Source: Squalus acanthias (taxonomy: Eukaryota). From it: 64,000 bases of DNA. Below are positions 25,733-37,149 of the stretch, piece after piece (the stretch's first letter is position 1; each line of letters opens with the position of its first letter). Location: positions 17,672,001 to 17,736,000 of the forward strand of contig CM059433.1 of NCBI GenBank assembly GCA_030390025.1, written 5' to 3'. The notes below the pieces were generated by a model that did no database searches, was not told the origin of the DNA, and saw nothing but the letters and a program-made list of their open reading frames with translations. The position numbers and the translations under genes were made by a program.

Positions 25733-27385
25733 GGCCTGAAAATTAGACCTAATACGCGAGAGTACGCACTGTGTACTCTCGCGTTTTAGGTCTCCAATTG
25801 CCGGTTTCCTGCATGCACTGCGCATGCGCGGGAAACCGGCACTTCGTGAATTCAAAAGGGGGCGGTTCCTAAGTGAACCACGTGCGCGCTACAGGCTGCG
25901 CGCACACAGTGCACTTAGTTATTTTTGCAGCTTTGAACGCGCAGGTAAGCATGGAAGATTTTACACACAAAGAAAGGAGGCGTAAGACCCTCTTTTAACA
26001 AGGTAAGTAGTTAATTAAGTATTATTTTAAATTTTTTTCAACAGGTTTATCTTTTTTAGAGACTTTAAAAAAGGTAAGTTTATTTTTATAACTTTTAAAA
26101 AGATTTTAAATTTTTTCAAAAATTTAATTTTTTGTTTAAAGTGGTTAATTTATTAAACTATACTTATTTTATTAATGTGATGGCTTTTTTTTTTAATTTC
26201 ATTGAGGTTTAGCTGTTCTTTTGGGGGTGCGTAGGATTCATAGCTTTGACAGCTCTTGCTGTGAAAACTATGAATGAAAGATGGTGTGCTGCCATTGGCT
26301 CTAACTGAATCACGTGATCCCAGAGCTCGCACGAACTAATTGCGCCTCTGGGATGCGCACACACTGCACAGCTGCATGTGGGACTGGCCTTGAAACTAAA
26401 GTTCGTGTGGGCCCGGAGGAAAAAGGTAGGCGCGGAGTGAGATATCGCCTTACCCCCGCGGGAACACTCAGGGGTAAAAATTCAGTTGGTTGCGCCTCCC
26501 GTTAGCGCCTTAAGAGGGCGCTAATGGGGCGCAAAGCCGCTAACGCCCGGGCACAGCGATGTTTGCGCCGCTCAGGAACTTAACTTGACATTGTGCGGCG
26601 GCGCTAAACTTTACCGCTGCGACCAACTGCGCGCGCAGTTTGTGACGTCATTCCATGGTGCAACGCCCTTGTGGCGCCCCGGAGCGGAAATTGAGTGGCG
26701 CCCCCTGCCTCACCGCCTGGCGCATCCAACGACCAGAAGACTGGAACGCTATCAATCGCTGTGGGGCTGGGGGGGGGCGCTATTTAAAGGGGGCCTCTTC
26801 CTGTCTTTTATTGTTGGTGGCATTTTTGAACTACGCATTCTGAGAGAGAGAGAGAGAGACTTCTGGAGAGATTCAACGTTGTGTGAAGGAGTTTTGGGTA
26901 CTGAGCAGCACTTTGCAGGTTCATTTTGATTTGCCATTCCTTGTATCGATTTAGCAGAGACTGTGGGAGCTGCACTCTGAGCTCTTTGCCTGGTACTCTC
27001 CATTGTTCTTTCCAGCACATTTGATGTGCAAGTCTCTCCAGGCTGAGATTCAAGGCTGCAATGAACAGGATGTGGATGGAAAGCAAGATTAACCATCCCC
27101 TTTAAGAACTGGCCCGTGCCATTGTGTGTGTGTTCCATTGCTGACTGACATTACATGAGCTTCGCCAGCGCTCTGAGTTAGCGCCTCACTGCTCGGCCTT
27201 TGCACCTTAAGACAGGTGTGCAGCGCCTGCTTTAGCGCTCCACTCACCTCCCGGGGCGGTAAAAGTGAAGTTTCCAGTCAGTGCCGATAATTAGCGCCAG
27301 GCGCTAATATTTGCGTCCAGACGATATTTGCGCCCCAAATGGGGCGCGACCTAATTTCTACCCCTCACTGTTTAATTTCTGGGCC
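25733..27385 (+). mobile_element. Harbinger-type MITE with AT-rich core, hosting a nested MITE
   Basis: GGCCTGAAAATT ... AATTTCTGGGCC, colinear with 32340-33082, flanks AAT/ATT. Confidence 0.85.
26471..27364. mobile_element. Harbinger-type MITE nested near the right end of 25733-27385
   Basis: GGGGTAAAAATT / AATTTCTACCCC termini, TSD TCA at 26468-70 and 27365-67. Confidence 0.88.
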
Positions 27386-27844
27386 ATTAGCTTCTTAATC
27401 TTAGGAAGTCAAATTGTGAAGGTGGTGGAGATGGCAGAGTGACCTACTATGCCTTGTGCTCCTGAGGTACATTGCTCAGTACAGAATTACAAGCAGGACA
27501 GCTGTCACTCCATATTAACTGTTTACAGTCACAGGCCTAGAAATTCGGGCACGGAGATCGCAATGCGATAGGAACACGTGCCCGTTCAGAGGACTGCAGG
27601 CAGCACATAAAATTCATGCTGCCTGCTACTTTGCATGATTGTAGCGTTCAGCCGAGCGCCGGACGCGCTGCTGAGTGGCTGAACGCTCAGCAGGGGGCCC
27701 AGGTTTGTGCGAGGCTAGCACCAATTAAAGCTAGCCTGCACAACTTAAAGGCAGTCTGCACCTCTTAAAGGGGAGGTGCCTTCAGTCTGCAAGAGGTGGT
27801 AGAAGTGATTGTGAAGGCTGCTCTCAGAAAAACAAGATTGAGTC

Positions 27845-29736
27845 ATGGCTCCAAAGGCCAGAGAAAGGGCTCCAAGATGCTCCGATGCAGCACTGGAGGC
27901 GTTGGTCCAGGAGGTCAATGCCAGGAGAGAGGTCTACTTCCTACAGGGGGCCAGGAGGCCCTGCACGTAACAAGAAGAATGCAGTGGGAGCAGATAGCCA
28001 ATGTGGTCAATGCCAGCAGTGTAGCCCCGAGGACATGGACACAGTGCAGCAAGAAGTTTAATGACCTCAAACACATGGTCAAGGTCAGCAAATTCATCTT
28101 CAAATGCCATATCCCACCATCTGAACCACGAGCCTCACACACTGCTCAATGCACCACACCCCGATCACTCACCTACCAACAGTCTCTACCAAATACGACT
28201 CATACCTCACATTTATAGCTTCACCTCACCCGCACACACTTATCATTGCTGCAAGACTCACATCCACATCTCACAGCTTGAACACACTGTCAGCTATTCC
28301 ACCATGACAGGTAGATCACCGAAACACATTACACCACACTCGCTGACACACTTCGCTTTCTCTTGCAGGAAAAGGTGGCGCATAACTGCAGGCAGCAGAG
28401 TTTAACCAGTGGGAGGCAGGCTCGCCTGCATCAACTTGGAGGAGACAATGCTGGCCATTCTTGGCAGGGGTATGGCTGAGCCCGTGGCTAGTGGCGGGGT
28501 TGAAGGAATTCAAGAAGCTGGTATCCTCATACGTTATCCTCCTTCTCACATCCCACTTCCCCCTCATCCCACAATCTCTTCTGATTTACAATCTGCACAC
28601 GGTGTAAGCATGCAGCTATTGCTTTCCCCCGCTCCCCTCACTATGACCCTACCCTTGTGCCTTTGTCATTTAAGACACCCAAGAATTGCAGCCTGCCCAG
28701 CCAGTGCTCGAAGAACAAGAGGCAGCGGAGAGTCCAGAAAAAGAAGTAGAAACACCGTCACTTTATTTCAACACTTCCAGCCACCAGCTCAGATACTGAC
28801 ACTCCGCGCATACTTTAGAGGATAGGTTAGACGTGGGATCTGCACATGGGCATGAGTGGCCTGCAGCCAGGGCAGGGGAAAGGATAGCTCAGGTGTCAGC
28901 TCCCCGGAGGGCGAGGTCGCACATGAGTTCTGCTGCAGAAGACTCAGATGACGACCTTGATGGGGCGGCCTACAGAAGAACGCTGATAGTTATGCACAAT
29001 GAAATGCTTGGTGCATTGGCAGGCCTGCCAGAGAGCCGGACTGCAATATCAAGGAGCATGGAGAAGTCCAGCTCCAGCCTTACACAGAGCTTTGGGCAAA
29101 GCGTGGAGCCCATCCTTTCCAACGTGGAAGGGCTGGGCAGATCCATTAACGCACTTGTGGAGCCAACCATCGCGCAGAGTCTGATGGTCGAAGTCTCAGC
29201 TTCCATTGCAGCACAAGCACAAGCCACCCAACGTCTGAGTGCTGCATGGAAGCTCAGACTGAAGTCATGCAAGCAAAGACTGCTGCCATCATGGCTGGAT
29301 TTACCAGTGTGGAAAGGGGCTTGCAGGGGGTCACAGCAGTCCAGCAGTCTGTACTCCAGCAGATTACGAGGATTGCTGAGGCGCTGCCCCTGGGGAGTGA
29401 CAATGGATCCATGGAGCACGACCCTGCTGTCCTCTCTCAGGGTGACAGCATTCGTCCTCCCACCACTGCCACTCCACCAGTGCCCTTGCTGTTTCCTGTC
29501 AGCCAGTCAGCCCAGACTGCTGCCGCTCATTTCAAGGTGGTGCAATCCAAAGCCGGCCGACTAGGCCTAGAGCTCCTTGAGGTCATCCTGCAAGGCCTTC
29601 TGCAGTCTCCCCTACTGAAAGTCAGCAGCCTTCCACCAGCCATGCTGCAGCCACTGGGGAAGCACTGCGTAGGAGCACTAGGATAGGCAAAGGCACACGC
29701 AAGACAGTCACTAAGGAAATGCACAAGGGTGATTAG
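27845..29736 (+). pseudogene. Harbinger Myb/SANT-like (trihelix) DNA-binding protein, 3 exons (27845-28083, 28369-28520, 28675-~29736), frameshifted
   Basis: MAPKARERAPRCSDAALEALVQEV...WEQIANVVNASSVAPRTWTQCSKKFNDL. GT..AG junctions at equivalent positions in copies at 35588 and (partly) 57644. Confidence 0.85.
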
Positions 29737-29904
29737 TTAAACTTTTGATGTGATATTGGATGGATATATAGATAAATTTTGATTGGAAAGTTTGCTTTGT
29801 GGTGGCTTTTATTTCAACATTGTGGCCAAGATGACGCTGTGATGGTCAGTAACAGAGGAAGGTAAGGTGTGGGACTAATGTTGAATGGGGAAAAGGGGTT
29901 GTGT

Positions 29905-30764
29905 TCAACCACACCACAGGCAGACGATTCGATACCGGATATCCCGGCTAGAAAAAGGCTGTCTGGGTTGCCTCCTTCCTTCCTCTTCTGCCTCCTCCTC
30001 TTCTGCCTCCTCCTCTTTTGCCTCCTCCTCCTCCTCCTCCTCCTGAGCTGGTGGCTGTATCCCTGGTGACAAGGGCTGTGCCCTCATGATGGCCAGATTG
30101 TGGAAGATACAGCAGACCATGACGAATCGGGGGTCGCGCTCCGGTGAGTACTGTAGGGCTCCTCCAGAGCAGTCCGGGCAGCAGAAGCGTTGTTTAAGGA
30201 CACCAATGGTGTGCTCTATGATGTTTTGTGTGGCAGGATGGCTCTCGTGAGCATGCTGTCCAGATGTGGTTGGGTTGCGGAGCGGATTCATGAGCCAGGT
30301 GGTCAAGGGATAGCCCTTGTCGCCCAGTAGCCACCCTCTGGTTTGACGTGGTGGCTCAAAGACTGATGGAACAGTGGACTGGCGCAGAATAAAATCATCA
30401 TGACTGCTGCCAGAATACTGGGCATTCGCCATCATGATGTGCTGAGCATGGTCGCACACCAACTGCACATGCAGCGAGTGGTAACCTTTGTAGTTGCGGT
30501 ACATCTCAGCATTTATATACGGTACCCGCAAAGCCACGTGCATGCAGTCGATGGCGCCCTGCACCATGGGGAAGCCTGCTATCCTGCCTCAGGCTAAGGT
30601 AAGAGAATTGCTCTCTCAAGACCGTAGGTGGGTAAGGCTTCCTGCTGAGAGCCCTTCTCCCCCTCCTCCTCCCTCTGCGAAAAGCTTGTCCTCTTCTTTG
30701 CTGCCTCTGCTCCATCTCCCTGTCATGCTGCAGGCCAAGGGGGGATGACAACTAGAGCACCCAT
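29905..30764 (-). pseudogene. Harbinger DDE transposase (HARBI1-like, DDE_Tnp_4), N-terminal internal deletion
   Basis: GAIDCMHV, YRNYKGYHSLHVQLVCD, GSSHD, LLGDKGYPL, IEHTIGVLKQRF, CCIFHNL in ORF 29905..30567. A basic N-terminus at 30590-30764 joins the core directly. Confidence 0.93.
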
Positions 30765-31506
30765 GATGGAGAGCAAGTGGTCTGACCAGAACCCTTGAAG
30801 TCAGAAGCAAGGCCTTCTCCACTTGCAGCACCGCTCCCTGTCCCCTCATCTACTTTAAATAACGCTAGAAATCTCCAAACATTTCCACAAATGTACCCAG
30901 AACCGTTAGAAATCAAAAAGCAAGTTACCTGAAAGTTGTTGATGATCTCTTTAAATATCGCTGGTGGGGGTCCCTCCTGCTGCTGAACGCATTTTCAGCT
31001 GTGCGAGGTTAAGAGAGAACGTAGGCTGGAGCGTGGAGCTACAAAATGGCAGGGCTGGCGTCAAATCAGCATCGCACGCCGATTGGCGTCATGATCTGCC
31101 TGCACTGCATGCTCCTAACTGCTGCCCTACCGCCCTCACCAAGAGGGCGCCCGGCATGGCCCGCACCAGTAGTGTGCGCGTGCTGCTCGGAAACCATTTT
31201 TGTCCCAATTCGGCACCCGCAGCGCCCAAACAACAGGTTTGAATTTCTAGGCCACAGACTTTCCAGAACAAAGATCAGTGGGTTGTATTTTCATCAGTTT
31301 GATTTATTTTTTAAAAGCTGATGTGCGTGAAAGGTGCTGCATTGTGGTAGATGGTGCCGAAGGACTATTTGTTGTGTTTATCGGTGATCTCAGGATTCAC
31401 GACCCTCCAACATAAATGTTAACTCCAAGCACCGCCCAATTTCTTATTTCATTGGCCCCCTTGCTGGTGGGATCAATTACTGTTTGAATTCCACTTACTA
31501 CACAGT

Positions 31507-31978
31507 GTCAGCTGTGGCCCAGTTGGTAGCACACTCACCTCTGAGTCAGAAGGTTGTGGGTTTGAGTCCCACTCCATGGACTTGAGCACAGAAGAAAGCT
31601 AGGCTGACACTCCAGTGCAGTGCTGAGGGAGTGCTGCACTGTCGGAGGTGCTGTCTTTCGGATGAGATGTTAAACCGAGGCCCTGTCTGTCCTCTCAGGT
31701 GGACGTAAAAGATCCCATGGCACTATTTCGAAGAAGAGTAGGGGAGTTATCCCTGGTGTCCTGGCCGATATTTATCCCTCAACCAACATAACAAAAAACA
31801 GATTATCTGGTCATTATCACATTGCTGTTTGTGGGACCTGGCTGTGCGCAAATTGGCTGCCGCATTTCCAACATTACAACAGTGACTCCACTCCAAAAAG
31901 TACTTCATTGACTGTAAAGAGCTTTGAGACGTCCGGTGGTCGTGAAAGGCGCTATATAAATGCAAGTCTTTCTTTCCT
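31507..31978 (+). mobile_element. DeuSINE (SacSINE1-like), full length
   Basis: tRNA-like A/B boxes, Deu-domain-like core (GATGAGATGTTAAACCGAGG...GTAAAAGATCCCATGGCACT...GGTGTCCTGGCC), L2-like tail GGCGCTATATAAATGCAAGTC. Confidence 0.88.
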
Positions 31979-32009
31979 TTACAGTGGGAGATACCACTGG
32001 CCATAACAG

Positions 32010-34042
32010 GCCATAACTAATCTACTGGAAATTTTTGAGGATGTAACTGGGAAAATAGATAAGGGAGAACCAGTGGATGTGGTGTATTTGGACTTTCAAA
32101 AGGCTTTTGATAAGGTCCCGCATAAGAGATTAGCGTGCAAAGTTAAAGCACATGGGATTGGGGGCAAGGTATTGACTTGGATAGAGAACTGGATGGCAGA
32201 CAGGAAGCAAAGAGTTGCAATAAACGGGTCTTTTTCCGAGTGGCAGGCAGTGACTAGTGGGGTACCGCAGGGATCGGTCCTTGGACCCCAGCTATTCACA
32301 ATATATATTAATGATCTCGACAAGGGAACTAGATGTAATGGGCCGAAAATTGATCCCGGGACGCGAGAGTACGCACTGCATACTCTCGCGTATTCCCACT
32401 CCAATTGCCGGTTTTCTGCATGCCCTGCGCATGCGCTGAAATCCGGCAATTGCTCTTCCGAAAAGGGGGCGGGGCCTGAGTGCATCGCGTGCGCGCTACA
32501 GGCTGCGCGCACGCTGTGCACTTCATGCTTTGGACGCGCAGGTAAGTAGGGAAGATTTTAGAAATGTAAAAAGGAGGAGTAAGACCCGCTTTTAAGAAGG
32601 TAAGTAGTGAATTAAGTATTTTTTTGAATTTTTTTTTACAGGTATATCTTTTTTATAGACTTTAAAGACAGGTAAGTTTATTTTTATAACTTTTTAAAAG
32701 ATTTTAAATTTTTTCAAAAATTTAATTTTTTATTTAAAATGGTTAATTTAATTAACTATACTTATTTTATTAATGTGATGGTTTTTTTTTTAATTTAATT
32801 GAGGTTTAGCTGTTATTTTGGGGGGGTGTAAGATTCATAAGTCTCACAGCCATGCTGTGAGACTTATGAATGGAAGATGGTGTGCTGCCATTGGCTCTAA
32901 CTGAGTCACGTGATCCCACAGCTCGCACGAATTAACTGCGCCGCTGGGATACGCAAGCCCAGCACAGCTGATGTCTGGAACATCAAGTTCGTGCGAGCTG
33001 GATCAGAAAAAGCATAAGCGAGGTGAGACATCGCGGGGAAGGCTTACCCCCGCGGGAACAGAGCGAGATCAATTTCTGGGCCAATATCTCCAAGTTTGCA
33101 GACGACACAAAACTGGGTGGGCGTGTGTGCTGCGAGGAGGATGCCGAGAAACTCCAGGATGATTTGGACAGGTTGGGTGATTGGGCAGAAGCGTGGCAGA
33201 TGCAATATAACGTGGATAAATGCGAGGTTATCCACTTTGGTGTCAAAAACAGAAAGGCAGATTATTATCTGAATGGCAATAGATTGGGAGAAGGGGAAGT
33301 GCAACGAGACCTGGGTGTCCTTGTGCACCAGTCGCTGAAGGTAAGCATGCAGGTGCAGCAGGCGGTTAAGAAGGCAAATGGTATGTTGACCTTCATAGCG
33401 AGAGGGTTTGAGTACAGGAACAAGGATGTCTTGCTGCAGTTGTACAGGGCCTTGGTGAGACCACACCTTGAGTACTGTGTGCAGTTTTGGTCGCCTTATC
33501 TGAGGAAGGATGTTCTTGCCATGGAAGGAGTTCAGCGAAGATTCACAAGGCTGATACCTGGGATGGCAGGAATGACGTATGAAGAGAGATTGGGTCGATT
33601 GGGCTTATACTCACTGGAGTTTAGAAGAATGAGAGGGGATCTCATTGAAACTTATAAAATTCTGACAGGACAGGACAAACTAGATGCAGGAAGGATGTTC
33701 CCGATGGTCGGGGAGTCCAGAACCAGGGGTCACAGTCTAAGGATAAGGGGTAAGCCATTTAGGACAGAAATGAGGAGGAATTTCTTCACCCAGAGAGTGG
33801 TGAACCTGTGGAATTCTCTGCCACAGAAGGCAGTAGAGGCCAATTCATTAAATAGATTCAAGAAGGAGTTGGATATATTTCTTAAGGCTAAAGGGATCAA
33901 GGGATATGGGGAGAAAGCAGGGACAGGGTACTGAATTTGGATGATCAGCCATGATCTCATTGAATGGCGGAGCAGGCTAGAGGGGCCGAATGGCCTACTC
34001 CTGCTCCTATCTTCTATGATTCAAATCTTCTATGATTCTATG
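32010..34042 (+). mobile_element. CR1 LINE, 5'-truncated, RT split by a MITE
   Basis: ORF 32073 ([13 protein letters not shown]...[10 protein letters not shown]...INDLD) and ORF 33023..33934 (ISKFADDTKL to C-terminus). 3'UTR and TTCTATGA tail. Confidence 0.96.
32340..33082 (+). mobile_element. Harbinger-type MITE inserted in CR1 RT
   Basis: GGGCCGAAAATTGATC / GATCAATTTCTGGGCC, TSD AAT. Removing it restores ...TRCN-ISKFADD. Confidence 0.93.
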
Positions 34043-35587
34043 GGCCTGGGAACCCCTCAGACATGCTCCCAAAACTGAAGGTGGTTGAGGGGGGTGTGGG
34101 GTGGGTGGGGGTTTGTGGGCAGAATAAATGCACCACCTTCTCTCACGGCGGAGGTTCACAGTGCAGCAATTAAAGGACCGAAACCTGGCGGAGATGGATC
34201 TTACCCCAGTTTCAAGAGCCTTTGCTCCCGGGACACCTTAATTATTCTCTAAAAAGCAGTGGAAGTGCGAGGCATTTATCATGTTTATAAATGGATGCCA
34301 CACATTCAGTGCCGCAGACACCGAGGTAAATTCAATAAAGTCGCTGATGGCTACACAGATTCAGAGGCGAATCAAGAGACGAGTACTGATATAAATGAAC
34401 AAATTATAACAGTAATTTTAAATTCACATCAAATACTCAACCAGAACTGATGCTGTCTGTCGATTTGCCTTCAGATATTGTAGTGACAGGAATAACTATA
34501 TATTTAATTTAACAAATTTATTTAAAATTTCATTAATACAAGGACATAACAACTGCCAAGTTATCTTTGAGATCAAACAGTTAATCATCTTAGATGAAGA
34601 GAGCTATTATTGTCTGGATCACATTGAGGAGTTTTATGAATCACATATCACTGAAAATGTGCAGCTCACAATATAAGAGATCACTCAGATTCATAGTTCT
34701 TATTGTTTATAATGTACAGGAGCTTGTGGATTAATTTGGATTTTCTCAATCTTTATTGGTTTATTAACCATAAATATTGTATACTCTCCAGGTGGCTTAT
34801 TAGCTGCTTGAAAATTGCTGAAGAATTGTTATTATGGATCCACCACGGTTGGCTGCTATTTTCCATTCATGCCAATGAAATCACATTCTCAGGAGTTGCA
34901 TATCTGAAAACCACACATTCCGAGGATTCTATCATTGGGTTGACAATTATGAAGAAAAATGAGCATGTCTCCTGCTTTTTCCCCAAATGGAAAACAGTAT
35001 AGCCCAAAGAGACCGTGTCGGCAATCATTTGCAACAGTTATTACTCGTCTTAACTTGTCATCATTGAAAGGATTTGCAATTCCAGAAAGCCATGCAAGCC
35101 TGACATATATGAAAGGATGCTTTGGAGCTGCAAATTACCGATATTCTAGGCTGCCTTTGTAAATGAACTACAAAGTGGTGTTTTTGTCCGCTTATTCAAA
35201 GGACCATGGGATTCAGAGGATTAAAGAGAGCATTTTTCTTGTGTTGTCTCTTTGGCGATTCTGGAGGTGAAATTGGATCGCCCCTGAAAATGGGCGCGGG
35301 GATCGCGATGCGCGATTAACCCATGCCCGGTTGAGTGGAACGCAGATCGCACACCAACTCTGTGCTGCCTGCTCATTATAATGATTTCTGAGTGCAGCCA
35401 GCGATCCCCGCGCTGTTCATTGGCTGCACGCATCAGCAGGGGGCCCAATCTCGTTACTAACTTGCACTACTTAAAGCTAGCCTGCACTAAAAGCTAGCCT
35501 GCTCTTCTTAAAGGGGAGGTGCATTGTGGCTGGAGCAGGTGCTGGGAGACTTTCTGCAAGTGAATCTCACCTGGGAAAGACAGAAGA

Positions 35588-37040
35588 ATGGCTGACCATG
35601 GGAGAGATCAGGTTTTTGGATGCTGGAGGAGGCGGTGGAAAGGAGGAGAAATATCCTGCATTCTCAGGGAGGCAGGAGGCCCTCCAGACACTCCAGAAGG
35701 CAGTGGGAACAAATAGCCGTGGTGGTCAATGCCAGGAGTTTAGCCCCAAGGACCTGGATGCAGTGCCGGCAGAAGTTTAATGATCTCACACGAGTGGTCA
35801 AGGTCAGTGAATGCATCTTCAAATGCCTTATCCTACGAACTGCACCACTAGCCTCAGCCACTACTCAATTCACCACACCCCCATCACTCACCTACCGACA
35901 ATCACTATCAAACAGGACTCATACCTAACATTCATATGGTTCACCTCACCCTCACACACTTAGCACTGCTGCAAGCCTCACACCCACATCTTACACCTTG
36001 CACACAATGGCAGCTATTCAATCATGACAGCCACATCACCCAAAAAGATTAGGCACACTTCTCTCTTGCAGAAGAAGATGGCGCACAATCGGAGGCTGCA
36101 GGAATTAACCGGAGAGGGAGAGGCACACGTGCATGTTCTAACCCCAATGGAGGAGACGGTGCTGGCCATTGTGGGAAGAGCCATTGCTGAGGCCATGGCC
36201 ACCAGCGAGGCTGAAGCAATTGAAGATGAAGGTATCTGCATACATAATCCTCTCATTCCACTTCTCCCTCATCCCACAATCTCTTCTGACTGAGAAGCTG
36301 CAGATAGTGTAAGCATGCACTTCATACTTTCTCCTCTCCCCTCACCACAACCCAACCCTTGTCCCTTTTTCCTTTCAGATACCCAAGAACTGCAACCTGC
36401 CCAGGCAGTGGTGGAAGAGGAAGAAGACAGTGATGATGAAGACGCACCGTCACACAATTTCACACTCGCAGCCACCAGCTCAGATACTGACACTACGAGT
36501 AATTTAGAGGATAGGGTAGAGGTGGGATCTGCACACGGTGAGACACCGGGCACAACTGCGCTGCAGCCAGGGCAGGGGGAAAGGATAGAGCAGGTGCCAG
36601 CTCGCCGGAGGGCGAGGCCGCACACTTGTTCTGCTACAGAGGACTCAAATCAGGACTTTGATGGGCCAGGCTACAGAAGAAGGCTGATGTGTGTACACAG
36701 CCAAATGCTTGGTGCACTGGAAAGTCAGCCAGAAAGCCTGCGTTCAATGTCAAGGAGCATGGAAGAGTCTGGCATAAATTTGGCACAGGGCTTTGCGCAG
36801 AGCTTGGAGCCCATGCTTTCCAACATGGAACGGCTGGCTACCTCCAGCAGCACACCTGTAGAACCAACCATGATGCAGCGTCTGATGGCTGATGTCTCAG
36901 CTTATATTGCAGCACAAACAGCTTCCACCCAACGTCTGAGTGCTGCAGTGGAAGCTCAGAGTGCTGCCATCATGGCTCTGGATAGAAATGTGCAAAGGGG
37001 CATCCAGGGCATCACAGCAGTCCAGCAATCTATTCTCCAG
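35588..37040 (+). pseudogene. Harbinger Myb/SANT-like gene (exons ~35588-35802, 36072-36231, 36379-~37040), truncated
   Basis: WEQIAVVVNARSLAPRTWMQCRQKFNDL; KKMAHNRRLQELTGEG...LTPMEE; canonical GT/AG sites. Confidence 0.82.
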
Positions 37041-37149
37041 CAGAACTGCTCCCTGAAGACCCTCTGCCGATATGGCCTCCTGCAGAGAGACCTTATCCCC
37101 CTCCTCCTCCCTCTACTAGCAGCTTGTCCTGCTTTGCGTGGCCTCTGCT

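Larger units (their letters stand above)
27534..31253. mobile_element. PIF/Harbinger DNA transposon, near-complete two-gene copy (defective)
   Basis: Perfect 13-bp TIR GGCCTAGAAATTC / GAATTTCTAGGCC, TSD ACA, convergent Myb/SANT and DDE genes. Confidence 0.95.

Noticed and set aside
29905..30567. Host HARBI1 gene
   Set aside because: Lies within TIRs and a TSD next to a frameshifted Myb gene and lacks its N-terminal domain, so it is a transposon copy.
31507..31580. tRNA genes here and at ~24290, ~62257 and ~50980-51050
   Set aside because: These are SINE heads followed by SINE bodies, with no complete cloverleaf.
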